A program made the position numbers and the translations under genes. This document shows, in pieces, positions 54,868-64,000 of a DNA stretch of 64,000 nucleotides (position 1 is its first letter; every line of letters starts with the position of its first letter). Under the pieces are notes generated by a model. It worked only from the letters and a program-made list of their open reading frames with translations, had not been told where the DNA came from and ran no database searches. The stretch covers positions 1,240-65,239 of the forward strand of contig DAOUKJ010000048.1 in NCBI GenBank assembly GCA_034421435.1, read 5' to 3'. This stretch comes from Dehalococcoidia bacterium. Lineage in GTDB: Bacteria > Chloroflexota > Dehalococcoidia > Lucifugimonadales > UBA2985.

Positions 54868-56301
54868 GTGAACTTCGACAGCTACAGCCTCGACCCCGCC
54901 ATCTACGACGAGATGTTCCTGCCGGACGGGACGCCCCGGGAACACTGCCGCGAGCTCTACAACACGCTCCTTGGACTCAATGTGGAGGACATGCTCACCA
55001 TGCAGGAGCGGGTGACGCGCTCGTTCTCACAGGAGGGAATCTCCTTCAAGGTCTACGGTGACGACCAGGAGGAGGAGCGGATCATCCCGGTCGACTGCCT
55101 GCCCCGCATAGTTTCCGCCGAGGACTGGCGGGTGCTGGAGCAGGGACTGGCCCAGCGCCTCAAGACCCTCAACCTGTTCCTGGAGGACGTCTACAACGAT
55201 GGACGTATAATCCGCGATGGCGTTATACCCGAGGACGTCGTCACCGAGTGCCCCCAATACCGGCGCGAGCTGAAGGGCTTCTCTGCGCCGCAGGGCGCAT
55301 GGGCCGTCATCTGCGGCACGGACGTGGTCCGCACCAACGACGGCTTTCACATCCTGGAGGACAACCTGCGCGTGCCCTCCGGCATGTCCTACATGATAGC
55401 CAACCGCAAAGCAATCAAGGCCACCATGAGGAGGCTGTTCCGCGGCTCGCACGTCTACGGTGTTGAGCAGTACGGCGAGACCCTGCAGGCGACGCTGCGA
55501 GAGCTGGCGCCAGAGGGCAGCACGGACCCGGTCATCGCTCTGCTCACGCCAGGCGTATACAACTCCGCATTCTACGAGCACATGTTCCTAGCCCACGAGC
55601 TGCGCGCCGAGCTTGTGGAGGGACGTGACCTGCTGGTGGAGGGCGGCTACGTGTACATGCGAACCTCTCAGGGACTCCGGCGCGTAGACATCATATACCG
55701 GCGCGTGGACGACGACTTCCTGGATCCGACGGTCTTTCGCTCCGACTCGCTGCTGGGGGTGCCCGGCCTGCTCGACGTCTACAAGCGCGGCAACGTCACG
55801 CTGGCCAACGCGCCCGGCACGGGCGTCGCCGATGACAAGAGCGTCTATGCCTATGTGCCTGACATGATGCGCTACTACCTGGGCGAGGAGCCTCTGATCG
55901 CCAACGTGGAGACCTACCTCTGCCGTCGACCCCGCGACCTGGAGTACACGCTGGACAACATGCAGGACCTGGTGGTGAAGCGGGTGGGCGAGTCCGGCGG
56001 CTACGGCATGATCGTCGGTCCGCACGCCACTCCCGAGGAGCGCGCCGACTACGCCGTGCAGCTGCGAGCCAACCCCGCCGACTTCATATCGCAGCCCGTG
56101 CTCTCGCTCTCTCGCTCGCCGTGCCTTGTCGATGGGCGTTTCGAGCCGAGGCACGTGGACCTTCGTCCCTTCGTGCTTCATGGGCGCGTGAGCCGGGTCG
56201 TAACGGGCGCATTCTGCCGCGTCGCGCTGCGACGGGGCAGCCTCGTGGTGAACTCGAGCCAGGGCGGCGGCGGCAAGGACGTCTGGGTGCTGGAGGACTG
56301 A
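54868..56301 (+). CDS. Circularly permuted type-2 ATP-grasp protein
   Basis: 477 aa with an overall CP_ATPgrasp_2 pattern (...VDIIYRRVDDDFLDP...GNVTLANAPGTGVADDK..Y.YVP). It is followed by an alpha-E partner. GTG start. Confidence 0.75.
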   Translation: MNFDSYSLDPAIYDEMFLPDGTPREHCRELYNTLLGLNVEDMLTMQERVTRSFSQEGISFKVYGDDQEEERIIPVDCLPRIVSAEDWRVLEQGLAQRLKTLNLFLEDVYNDGRIIRDGVIPEDVVTECPQYRRELKGFSAPQGAWAVICGTDVVRTNDGFHILEDNLRVPSGMSYMIANRKAIKATMRRLFRGSHVYGVEQYGETLQATLRELAPEGSTDPVIALLTPGVYNSAFYEHMFLAHELRAELVEGRDLLVEGGYVYMRTSQGLRRVDIIYRRVDDDFLDPTVFRSDSLLGVPGLLDVYKRGNVTLANAPGTGVADDKSVYAYVPDMMRYYLGEEPLIANVETYLCRRPRDLEYTLDNMQDLVVKRVGESGGYGMIVGPHATPEERADYAVQLRANPADFISQPVLSLSRSPCLVDGRFEPRHVDLRPFVLHGRVSRVVTGAFCRVALRRGSLVVNSSQGGGGKDVWVLED

Positions 56302-56306
56302 CGGAT

Positions 56307-57251
56307 ATGCTGGCCAGGAGCGCAGAGGGTCTCTACTGGATGGGGCGATACCTGGAGCGGGCGGGCCATCTGTGCCGCCTGCTTCGCCTGCAGACGGAGG
56401 CGCTGGTGGACCGGCCCATCGTTGAGATATACGCAGGCTGGAGCCTCATCTATCGCAGCCTGGACCGGGAGCCTCCCGGCGGCAGGCTTGTGGTAGTCAG
56501 CAGCGACGACTTCACCCTGGCAGACTCGTTCACGCTCGCCGATGACCTGACCTTCGAGCCGTCCAACCCGGACTCCATACGCAGCTGCTTTGTCATGGGC
56601 CGCGAGAACGCCCGGCAGATGCGCCACTACATCTCGGGCGAGATGTGGCTGCGCCTCAACCTGGCCTACCTCCGCATGCAGGGACGTGGCATCAGCGAGA
56701 TCTGGCGGACGTCGCCGGAGGGGTTCTACGCCGAAACAGAGGCGGACATCGACACCTTCATGGGCACGGCCGCCGCGACCATGTACCGCGACCTGGCCTG
56801 GAGCTTCGTGCAGCTGGGGCGATTCATCGAGCGAGCGCAGGCGTTGGCGTCGCTGCTGCTGACGCAGACCACGCTCGACGGCGAGGCGGACGAGCAATCG
56901 GAGACGGACTGGACCGGGCTGCTGCGCCTTCACCACGCGCTGGAGGCCTATAATCGTATATACAGCGTGGAAGTGCTGCCTGATCAGGCCCTGGACCTGC
57001 TGGCGACTGACCCGCAGCTGCCCGACTCTATCGGCCACTCGGTGGACAGGGTGGCGGGCGAGTTGCAGGCCATAGGTTCGGGCATCAACGAAGGAGCCGT
57101 GGCCGCCGCTCACCGGCTGGCCGGGCGCCTCAGCGGGCTGATACACCACCACTGGCCCGACAGCGACGACCACGCGGCACTGCTGTCGCAGGCGGTTCGC
57201 GACTGCCGCCGCCTCCACGAGTTGGTCACCACCGCGTACTTCAGCCACTAG
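56307..57251 (+). CDS. Alpha-E domain protein
   Basis: MLARSAEGLYWMGRYLERAGHLCRLLRLQ is the alpha-E (DUF403) N-terminal signature. I chose ATG 56307, 5 nt after the ATP-grasp stop. Confidence 0.8.
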   Translation: MLARSAEGLYWMGRYLERAGHLCRLLRLQTEALVDRPIVEIYAGWSLIYRSLDREPPGGRLVVVSSDDFTLADSFTLADDLTFEPSNPDSIRSCFVMGRENARQMRHYISGEMWLRLNLAYLRMQGRGISEIWRTSPEGFYAETEADIDTFMGTAAATMYRDLAWSFVQLGRFIERAQALASLLLTQTTLDGEADEQSETDWTGLLRLHHALEAYNRIYSVEVLPDQALDLLATDPQLPDSIGHSVDRVAGELQAIGSGINEGAVAAAHRLAGRLSGLIHHHWPDSDDHAALLSQAVRDCRRLHELVTTAYFSH

Positions 57252-57279
57252 GGCCGGCGGCGAGCGAGCCCGCCCACCT

Positions 57280-58665
57280 CTACTCCTCTTCCTCCTCGTA
57301 ATCTTCAGGCATCAGCACAAACTCAGGGTATGCCTCAATGCCCAGCTCGCCAACGTCCTGGCCCAGCCGCTCCACCTGTGGCGACACCCGCAGTCCCAAC
57401 GTCTTGTCGAGCACTATCCACACCACCAGAGACGTCGTGAAGGCGAACGCGCCTATCGCCACAACGCCCAGCAGCTGCACATGGAGCTGAGCGCCTGCTG
57501 CGATGCTCGCCGCCAGCGTGCCCCAGATGCCCGACACCAGGTGGGCCGGGATCGCGCCCACCACGTCGTCCAGCTTGACCATCTCCAGCACCCTGAGGGC
57601 CGCCGTACACAGGACGCCGCCGACCGCGCCGATTATGATAGCCCAGTAGTGGTCGACGATGTCGGGGCCGGCGGTTATGGACACCAGCCCGGCGATTGCC
57701 CCGTTCAGGCCGGCAAACAGCGCCATGCGGCCAAGGATGGGCCTGGAAACTGCCAGGGCCGCCATCACGCCCGCGGCAGCCGCGAGGTTGGTGTTGACCA
57801 GCACGTGGCTTATGGCGACTGCGTCGAGGGCGCTGCCCAGCGCGAGCTGCGACCCACCGTTGAAGCCGAACCACCCGAGCCACAGGATGAAGACGCCCAG
57901 CGTCACAATCAGCACGTTGGAGGGAGGCGTCGGGCTGACGCTGCCGTCTCGCCGGAACTTGCCCAGCCTGGGCCCGACCATGATCACGCCGGCCAGTGCA
58001 GCCCAGCCGCCCGTGCTATGCACGATGGTTGAGCCTGCGAAGTCCTGGAACCCGAGACTATCCAGCCATCCGCCGCCCCACGTCCACGCGCCCACCACCG
58101 GATAGATGAAGCCGGTGAGTATCAGCGTGACGAGGAAGAATGACCAGATCTTCACGCGCTCGGCGATGGCGCCGGACACGATGGACGCGGCGGTTGCCAC
58201 GAACACCATCTGGAAGAACCAGTCGGACATTGTGGAGTAGCCGCCATCTATCACTCTCCCCGCCGCCTCGGCGTCTCCACCCACCAGGGCCACTTCGTCG
58301 GCGCTCGGCCCGTAGAGGAACTTGAAGGTGCCGATCACCTCATCGACGTCCACGTACATCAGGTTGTAGCCGATGAAGAAGTAAGCCAGCCCGGCGATGG
58401 AGTAGATGCCGATGTTCTTCAGGCAGATCATGGAGGCGTTCTTGGTGCGGACCGCGCCCGACTCCAGCATGGTGAAGCCGGCGCACATCCACATCACCAG
58501 TACGCCCCAGATCAGGAATGCGAAGGTGTTGAGAACGAACTGGGTCTCCTGGTCCACTCCCTGAGCGTGGGCGATGGAGGGTCTCGCCAGAAAGTAGCCC
58601 ATCCCAAGTACAGCGATCCCAACCAGTATGGTCACCGACCGCCTGCGGCTCAGAATCGTACTCAT
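57280..58665 (-). CDS. amt: Ammonium transporter
   Basis: Amt/MEP pattern (DFAGSTIVHSTGGWAAL..., 11 TM segments). I chose ATG 58665 (GGGAGGTGG upstream). It has an acidic tail, EDYEEEEE. Confidence 0.9.
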   Translation of the reverse strand: MSTILSRRRSVTILVGIAVLGMGYFLARPSIAHAQGVDQETQFVLNTFAFLIWGVLVMWMCAGFTMLESGAVRTKNASMICLKNIGIYSIAGLAYFFIGYNLMYVDVDEVIGTFKFLYGPSADEVALVGGDAEAAGRVIDGGYSTMSDWFFQMVFVATAASIVSGAIAERVKIWSFFLVTLILTGFIYPVVGAWTWGGGWLDSLGFQDFAGSTIVHSTGGWAALAGVIMVGPRLGKFRRDGSVSPTPPSNVLIVTLGVFILWLGWFGFNGGSQLALGSALDAVAISHVLVNTNLAAAAGVMAALAVSRPILGRMALFAGLNGAIAGLVSITAGPDIVDHYWAIIIGAVGGVLCTAALRVLEMVKLDDVVGAIPAHLVSGIWGTLAASIAAGAQLHVQLLGVVAIGAFAFTTSLVVWIVLDKTLGLRVSPQVERLGQDVGELGIEAYPEFVLMPEDYEEEEE

Positions 58666-58877
58666 CGGCCACCTCCCGAGCGTATCGAGTCCTGCTCCGA
58701 TGCGCATGATAGCACGGCGGCCTCCCGGTGGTCACGCAAGCTGATTTGGCTTGTCACCACGAACACGTAACGGACTCCCGTTGGCAATGGCAAGCTCCGT
58801 CGGCGTCTGGTGACCGGCGGGGGCTCGTTGTGTTACGATGACAACGGGAGAGGCGACGATTCGCGGGAGAATAAGCC

Positions 58878-59252
58878 ATGCAGAACACCGCAACTCATCT
58901 GGAGCAGAGCAGGGCCTTGCTGAAGCAGGCGAGTGAGGGGCTTGAGGCCGGTAACCTGCACCGGGCCGCGGAGAGTGGATGGTACGCAGCCTTGGAAGTG
59001 CTCAAGGCCGTTGCGGAGGAGCGCGGGTGGGAGCACGGCAGCGAGCGCCAGGTCGTCGGAGTCTTCAGCAAGCTTGCCGCTGAAACCGGCAGCGAGAAGC
59101 TGCGCCACCAGTTCAACTCAGCCTTCATGCTGCACACCTTCTTCGGCGAGGGTTGGTTGGAAGAGGAATGGGTGAAGAGAGAACTCGACCGTGTGCAAGA
59201 GTTCGTGGCAGAGGTAGAGGGGCTTCTAAATGGCCGCGGTCCCGACGCGTAA
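58878..59252 (+). CDS. PaREP1/HEPN-like helical protein
   Basis: 124 aa. ...A.E.L..GNLHRAAESGWYAALEVLKAVAE...AFMLHTFFGEGW resembles PaREP1-type 4-helix proteins (motif level only). Confidence 0.4.
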   Translation: MQNTATHLEQSRALLKQASEGLEAGNLHRAAESGWYAALEVLKAVAEERGWEHGSERQVVGVFSKLAAETGSEKLRHQFNSAFMLHTFFGEGWLEEEWVKRELDRVQEFVAEVEGLLNGRGPDA

Positions 59253-59278
59253 CCCTCCTACTCTTCAGGCCCATTCCA

Positions 59279-59860
59279 TCAACCCCCCAGCCGCGCCGTG
59301 TGCAGCCGCGTGTACTCGGAGCCTCCGGGCGCCAGCACGCTGCGGATGAGCGATATGCTCTCGACGGGCAGTATCGCGCCTTCCTCCACGGCCGCGCCGG
59401 CCAGCGCATCCGCCACGGTACGCCTCTGCGGGACCGGTGCGCCGTCCCTCACGCGGCCAAGCGTGATGTGAGGCCGGAATGCGCGCCGCTCCCTCGCAAA
59501 CCCCAGCGACTCCAGCTCCCCCTCCAGCGAGCGGTACAGCTCCGTCAGAGGCTCCAGGTCGCCGGCTACCGACATCCAGATCACACGCATGGCCCGCAGG
59601 CGCTCGAAACCGCCGATGCGGCTCAGCGCGACCTCGAACGGGCGCGCGGCAGCCCCGCAGCGTGACACTGCGTCCGACACGGCAGGCACAGACTCCTCGT
59701 CAATGTTGCCCAGGAACCGCAGCGTCAGGTGCAGGCTCTCCGGCCTCGTCCACCGCACGCCGCCGTCCACGCGGGAGGCGAGATGCCGCACCACGCCCGC
59801 GAGCATGTCGCGCGTCGGTGGGGGCAGTTCCACAGCGATGAAGGCTCGGATCTGTGACAT
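59279..59860 (-). CDS. thpR: RNA 2',3'-cyclic phosphodiesterase (2H family, ThpR/LigT)
   Basis: Two HxTx motifs: LHLTLRFLG and PHITLGR. Confidence 0.85.
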   Translation of the reverse strand: MSQIRAFIAVELPPPTRDMLAGVVRHLASRVDGGVRWTRPESLHLTLRFLGNIDEESVPAVSDAVSRCGAAARPFEVALSRIGGFERLRAMRVIWMSVAGDLEPLTELYRSLEGELESLGFARERRAFRPHITLGRVRDGAPVPQRRTVADALAGAAVEEGAILPVESISLIRSVLAPGGSEYTRLHTARLGG

Positions 59861-59897
59861 GGTCAGGCTCAGGAGTCCCGGTGAAGCCCACGGAAGG

Positions 59898-60755
59898 CTA
59901 GGTCAACTCGCCCTGCGGCAGGCCGAGCATTCTAGCCGCGTTCCGGTAGAGGATGCCCTCCTTGGCGTCGTCGGAGATGGGCGCGTCGACCACCTGCCGG
60001 AGGAGCCTCTTCTGGCTGATGAGCGGGTAGTCGGTGCCGAACAGCACCTTGTCCTCGCCGACCAACCCCACGACCGTCGCGAACACCTCCTCGCGGTAGA
60101 GAAACGGTGATGCGGCGGAATCGAAGTACACGCGCTTCAGGGACTCCATCACCTCTGGCATGAGCGCGTAGAATGGAAGGCCGCCGCCCCAGTGAGCGCA
60201 GACGATCGTTGCCTCCGGGAAGGCCTCGATGAAGCGGCAGAGAATCACCGGCGTGGTGCTCCCCTTGCCTCCGTAGGTATGCCCCACCGGCTCGGACGTG
60301 TGAGTCATGATGGGCATGCCCAACGCCACGGCCGCCTCCACCACGGGCGCCATGACCGACCTGTCGCCCAGGTCGAAGCCCTGCGTGTCCGGGTGCAGCT
60401 CTCCGACGCCCGACAGCCCGGCGGCGGCGCATCGCTCGATCTCGGCGACGGCTGCGGCGCCCCACGCCGGGTTGACGGCGCAGAAGCCCCTGAGCCTCAG
60501 CGGGAAGCGGCGCACCGCGTCGATGAGGTAGTCGTTCGCCTCACGCGCCAGGCCGGGATCGTTCCAGCCTATGCCCACCATCACGGACAGGTCCACCGCC
60601 GCGCCGTCCATGGTGGCCACAAGCTCCTCCGCGTCGGCCATTCGCGAGCGGGGGTCGGAGAACATCTCGGACAGCGTGACGTCGCGGTCCAGAAGCGACT
60701 CACGGCGCCTGATCAGCTCCGGCGGGAAGACGTGCGTGTGCGAATCGATGATCAT
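59898..60755 (-). CDS. Amidohydrolase-2 family metal-dependent hydrolase
   Basis: MIIDSHTHVFPPE... I chose ATG 60755, which overlaps the upstream stop (ATGA). Confidence 0.75.
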   Translation of the reverse strand: MIIDSHTHVFPPELIRRRESLLDRDVTLSEMFSDPRSRMADAEELVATMDGAAVDLSVMVGIGWNDPGLAREANDYLIDAVRRFPLRLRGFCAVNPAWGAAAVAEIERCAAAGLSGVGELHPDTQGFDLGDRSVMAPVVEAAVALGMPIMTHTSEPVGHTYGGKGSTTPVILCRFIEAFPEATIVCAHWGGGLPFYALMPEVMESLKRVYFDSAASPFLYREEVFATVVGLVGEDKVLFGTDYPLISQKRLLRQVVDAPISDDAKEGILYRNAARMLGLPQGELT

Positions 60756-61570
60756 GACGCCGCTGCGACTGCCGCCTGCTTGCGGCTTCTCCTCGTAAAC
60801 AGCAGACCGGACCACGTATGATCGATGGAGCATATCTTGTAGTCCACTAGGCCCATCTCCAAGCCGGTGTCCCGCACGACCACCTGCGTCAGGTCGGAGG
60901 AAACACCGGACGCCTTCTTGGGCCACGCAATCCAGAGGCTGCCGTTCTCAGCGACGCCACTTAGCACCTCGTCTACCCGCTCCGCAATGTCACTCCTGGA
61001 CATTGCGAACCAGATTCCCACCCTGCACGGCTCGTCCGGCCGGTAGTGGAGCATGACGCCCTCAGGCAGCGGACCAAGCGTCTCTGCGAACCCGTCCGGC
61101 GCGTCGACCAGGAGCACTGAGCAGCCGGCGCGAATACCCAGCTTGCTGACGAGCGGCGTAGCGGCGTACGCCTCGAAGCCGGAGCCAGGCACGCGTGGCG
61201 CAGCGGGCGCGTCCTCAATGGCGTTCCGCAGCGCATTTCCAACGTCGCTCCACGAGGCGTATGCGGCATCCGGCAGTACGTCCCTCACGCGCTGCACCTT
61301 GTCCGGCTGGCCTCCAACGAACAGCAGCGGCGTACCGCGGGACGACTTGCGGCTGCGCAGGTATACGCCCAGCTCGCGTCCGTGCGACGGAAGCCTGCCA
61401 AGGTCTATGACCACGGCGTCGCCCGGGTCGGCGGACAGCGCCTTCATGTCGTCGAGCGTGTCCAGCGGCCGGAAGGTAGCCTCAAAGCCGGCGTCCCGCA
61501 GCCACTCGACGCGCTCCGGGGCCTCCGTGGCCTTCCAGTGCACCAAGCGCACTCTGTGCTCGGATGTCAC
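60752..61570 (-). CDS. DUF3052-like protein with an N-terminal receiver-like extension
   Basis: The C-terminal half (PLVSKLGIRAGCSVLLVDAP...LWIAWPKKASGVSSDL...WSGLLF) resembles DUF3052. I chose GTG 61570, which overlaps the tmk stop (GTGA). Confidence 0.5.
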   Translation of the reverse strand: MTSEHRVRLVHWKATEAPERVEWLRDAGFEATFRPLDTLDDMKALSADPGDAVVIDLGRLPSHGRELGVYLRSRKSSRGTPLLFVGGQPDKVQRVRDVLPDAAYASWSDVGNALRNAIEDAPAAPRVPGSGFEAYAATPLVSKLGIRAGCSVLLVDAPDGFAETLGPLPEGVMLHYRPDEPCRVGIWFAMSRSDIAERVDEVLSGVAENGSLWIAWPKKASGVSSDLTQVVVRDTGLEMGLVDYKICSIDHTWSGLLFTRRSRKQAAVAAAS

Positions 61571-62343
61571 GACGAGCCCGCCTCTCCGCGCACCGCGGAC
61601 AGCAACGACTCCACGCGCTGCCATATGAGCTGTGTAATCTCTTCCTGCGGCAACCGCGCGTCCAGGACGTACCACCGCTCAGGCTCTGCGCGGGCCATCT
61701 CCAGATACCCCTGGCGAACGCGGCGGTGAAACTCCATCGCTCCCGTGTCCTCGTAGCCTCCCTCGAACAGCGTGCCCTGTCTCGACCACTGGCTGGCGCC
61801 GGCGGCGTCCTTCTCCTCAATCGCTTCGGGGAACAGGTAGCCCTGGCTCAGAACATCCCTGAAGTCGCCTACGGCCTTCTGCTCCAGCCGGTCCCCTGAC
61901 CAGGTGTCCCGTCTCAGCCTCTCCTCAGGCGGAAAGTCCAGCAGAACGGTCAGGTCCGGGCGAAGGCCGCCCGCGCCCACGCTGTTCACCGCCTCAACGT
62001 CCCCCAGCGGCAGGCCGCGGCCGTACCCCTGGTAGGCAACAGTCGAGTCTGTGAAGCGGTCTGACAGGACGATCTCTCCTCGCTCAAGCGCCGGGCGTAT
62101 GGTTTCCGACACCAGCTGCGATCGCGATGCGTTGAAGAGCAGGAGCTCCGCTTCCGGCGTCCTCGGCGCGGTTGAGAACTTGAGCACCTGCCGCAGCAGT
62201 ATCCCGAGCTGTGTCCCGCCGGGCTCACGCACGGTGGTCACTGGTATCCTCCGCTGTCGAAGGCGCTCGACGAGAGCGGCGACCTGCGTGGACTTGCCAC
62301 TGCCGTCTCCGCCCTCAAGCGTGATGAAGATACCTCCCGGCAT
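61567..62343 (-). CDS. tmk: dTMP kinase, with a C-proximal insertion
   Basis: IFITLEGGDGSGKSTQ...REPGGT...DRF..ST.AYQG. At 258 aa it is longer than typical Tmk. Confidence 0.85.
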   Translation of the reverse strand: MPGGIFITLEGGDGSGKSTQVAALVERLRQRRIPVTTVREPGGTQLGILLRQVLKFSTAPRTPEAELLLFNASRSQLVSETIRPALERGEIVLSDRFTDSTVAYQGYGRGLPLGDVEAVNSVGAGGLRPDLTVLLDFPPEERLRRDTWSGDRLEQKAVGDFRDVLSQGYLFPEAIEEKDAAGASQWSRQGTLFEGGYEDTGAMEFHRRVRQGYLEMARAEPERWYVLDARLPQEEITQLIWQRVESLLSAVRGEAGSS

Positions 62344-62353
62344 GGACTCGTAC

Positions 62354-63874
62354 CTACCGTCGGGAGATGGTCACGCGTCGGTTTGGCTCTCTGCCCACGC
62401 TCGTGGAGGCCAGGCTGCTCTCCTCGGCGATCTGGTGCTGGAGCCTCCTGATGTAGGCCATCTGAGGCGTAAGCGTCACCGCATCCTCGCCGCCCTGGAC
62501 CTGGCGCGCAGCCTGCTCAGCCTCTCGCACCGCCTGCACCACCGGGTCCTCCCATCCTCTCTCCCGCGACAGGCCCGTGAGGAACTCGCGTATCTGCGGT
62601 GGCGTGTTGTTCCTGAGCACGAATATCGATCTGCCGGACTCCTCGGCGTTCTTGAGCGTCCGAGGCATCTTGCGGAAGAACTGCTTGGTGGTGAGAAGTA
62701 TCTCCGCCCGCTCCATCCTGTCCACAACCTCGATGGGCATCCTGCCGGCCTGCACAGTCTGGACCAGGCGGCCCTTGTTCACGCCGAACGGCAGTATCCT
62801 GATGCGGTCTCCTGCGGGCTGGAAGCTGAGCCTCTCGTCTACCGGTTCCGCCGCGCCATTGCCGGGTAGAAGAGTGGAGGCCGGCGCTTCCCTGGTAACG
62901 CTGACCTCACCGCTTTCGTCCGCGGAGCGTATCTCAGGGGCGATTGGCATACCGCGCAGCATCGCGTCCACGACCCGCGCAACGTCGTCATGGACGGCTA
63001 CGCGATCCCAGGACTGTATCTCCACCACCACGTCGAACGTGGGCGGAGACTTGCGCTCCAGCACGCTCTTTTGAGTACGGCGCCTGCGGGCCTCCTCGTC
63101 GCCGAGCGTGACCGTCTGTATGCCTCCTATCAGGTCGGACAGCGTGGGGTTGAGCACCAGGTTGCTGAGCGTGTTGCCGTGGGCGGTGGCGATGAGCTGC
63201 ACGCCGCGCTCCGCGATGGTGCGGGCTGCGGCGGCCTCAAGCTCCGTGCCCATCTCGTCGATGATGATGACCTGCGGCATGTGGTTCTCCACCGCCTCTA
63301 TCATCACCGCGTGCTGCAACGCAGGCGTGACGACCTGCATGCGCCGTGCGCGGCCGATGGCGGGATGCGGTATGTCGCCGTCGCCCGCGATCTCGTTGGA
63401 CGTGTCCACGATTATCACGCGCTTGCGCACGTCATCGGCCAGGACGCGCGCCACCTCTCGCAGCATCGTTGTCTTGCCCATGCCCGGGCGGCCCAGCAGC
63501 AGGATGCTCTTACCGCTCCTCACCAGGTCATCGATGACGCGGATGGTGCCGAATACAGCCCTACCCACGCGGCACGTGAGGCCCACGACCTTGGCGCGCC
63601 GGTTGCGAATGGCTGATATGCGGTGAAGCGTCCTTTCGATTCCGGCACGGTTGTCGTCGCCAAAGTCGCCGATGCGCTCAACCACGTGCTGGATGTCCGC
63701 CTCCGTGACCTCGCCGGGCGCCAGCACCACCTCGCGCTCCGGGAACCTGGCCTCGGGCGGGCGCCCCAGGTCCAGCACAGCCTCCAGTAGCTCATCCATG
63801 CCGCCCAGTTCCCTCAGCGGCGCCTGCACGTAAGGCGGCAGCGCGCCGACCAAGGCTTCCAGGTCGTCGAACAC
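62354..63874 (-). CDS. AAA ATPase of the SpoIIIAA/Ycf45 type with a C-terminal nucleic-acid-binding (R3H-like) region
   Basis: Walker [17 protein letters not shown] and Walker B VIIIDEMG. The N-terminal region matches the Ycf45/SpoIIIAA-like pattern. Confidence 0.65.
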   Translation of the reverse strand: MFDDLEALVGALPPYVQAPLRELGGMDELLEAVLDLGRPPEARFPEREVVLAPGEVTEADIQHVVERIGDFGDDNRAGIERTLHRISAIRNRRAKVVGLTCRVGRAVFGTIRVIDDLVRSGKSILLLGRPGMGKTTMLREVARVLADDVRKRVIIVDTSNEIAGDGDIPHPAIGRARRMQVVTPALQHAVMIEAVENHMPQVIIIDEMGTELEAAAARTIAERGVQLIATAHGNTLSNLVLNPTLSDLIGGIQTVTLGDEEARRRRTQKSVLERKSPPTFDVVVEIQSWDRVAVHDDVARVVDAMLRGMPIAPEIRSADESGEVSVTREAPASTLLPGNGAAEPVDERLSFQPAGDRIRILPFGVNKGRLVQTVQAGRMPIEVVDRMERAEILLTTKQFFRKMPRTLKNAEESGRSIFVLRNNTPPQIREFLTGLSRERGWEDPVVQAVREAEQAARQVQGGEDAVTLTPQMAYIRRLQHQIAEESSLASTSVGREPNRRVTISRR

Positions 63875-64000
63875 GTACTTCTCGATGCGTTCCTCTATTG
63901 CGTCACCCCTTGATTGCGATTACGCCCTCGCGGGCGCCAGGGCCTGTTCTTTCACCCTCACGGCCAGAGGCTTGACCATCAGCTGGTACTGGCGGACCGG

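Noticed and set aside
63900-64000. Partial gene at the right edge of the window
   Set aside because: It is too short (under 35 codons visible) to assign a frame or function.

Overview
High-G+C bacterial chromosomal segment (by eye about two-thirds G+C; not computed), densely packed with housekeeping operons on both strands. Recognised content: HigBA, a tandem USP, UDG, dcd-ribD-ribE-ribBA-ribH, an ECF sigma/anti-sigma pair, a TPP-riboswitch-controlled ThiXYZ-like transporter with thiD, galU-hisA-hisH, trxB, pabBC, moaDE, thrS, nfi, prfB with its programmed +1 frameshift, an ino1/GT4/CDP-alcohol-phosphatidyltransferase cluster, yceD-rpmF-fabD-nusB-acpP, proS, lexA/mazG, leuB, an ATP-grasp/alpha-E pair, amt and tmk. 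I found no rRNA, tRNA, CRISPR array, transposase or integrase. Lineage cannot be fixed from sequence alone; the dispersed palindromic repeat families remind me (from memory) of Chloroflexota-type genomes. The most interesting region is 26.46-31.9 kb, between moaD and thrS, where two visibly lower-G+C islets sit about 550 bp apart. Islet 1 is a methyltransferase / LAGLIDADG-like / PD-(D/E)xK-like three-gene cassette. Islet 2 is a DarT-like ADP-ribosyltransferase followed by an ARH-fold ADP-ribosylglycohydrolase instead of the canonical macrodomain DarG, and it is bracketed by a diverged ~95-bp direct repeat of the thrS 3' end. I regard islet 2 as the best candidate for an undescribed toxin-antitoxin/defence module. 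All protein calls rest on motif recognition by eye in the supplied translations; no database search was run. Many long ORFs in the track are antisense or overlapping artefacts typical of high-G+C DNA and are not reported as genes.
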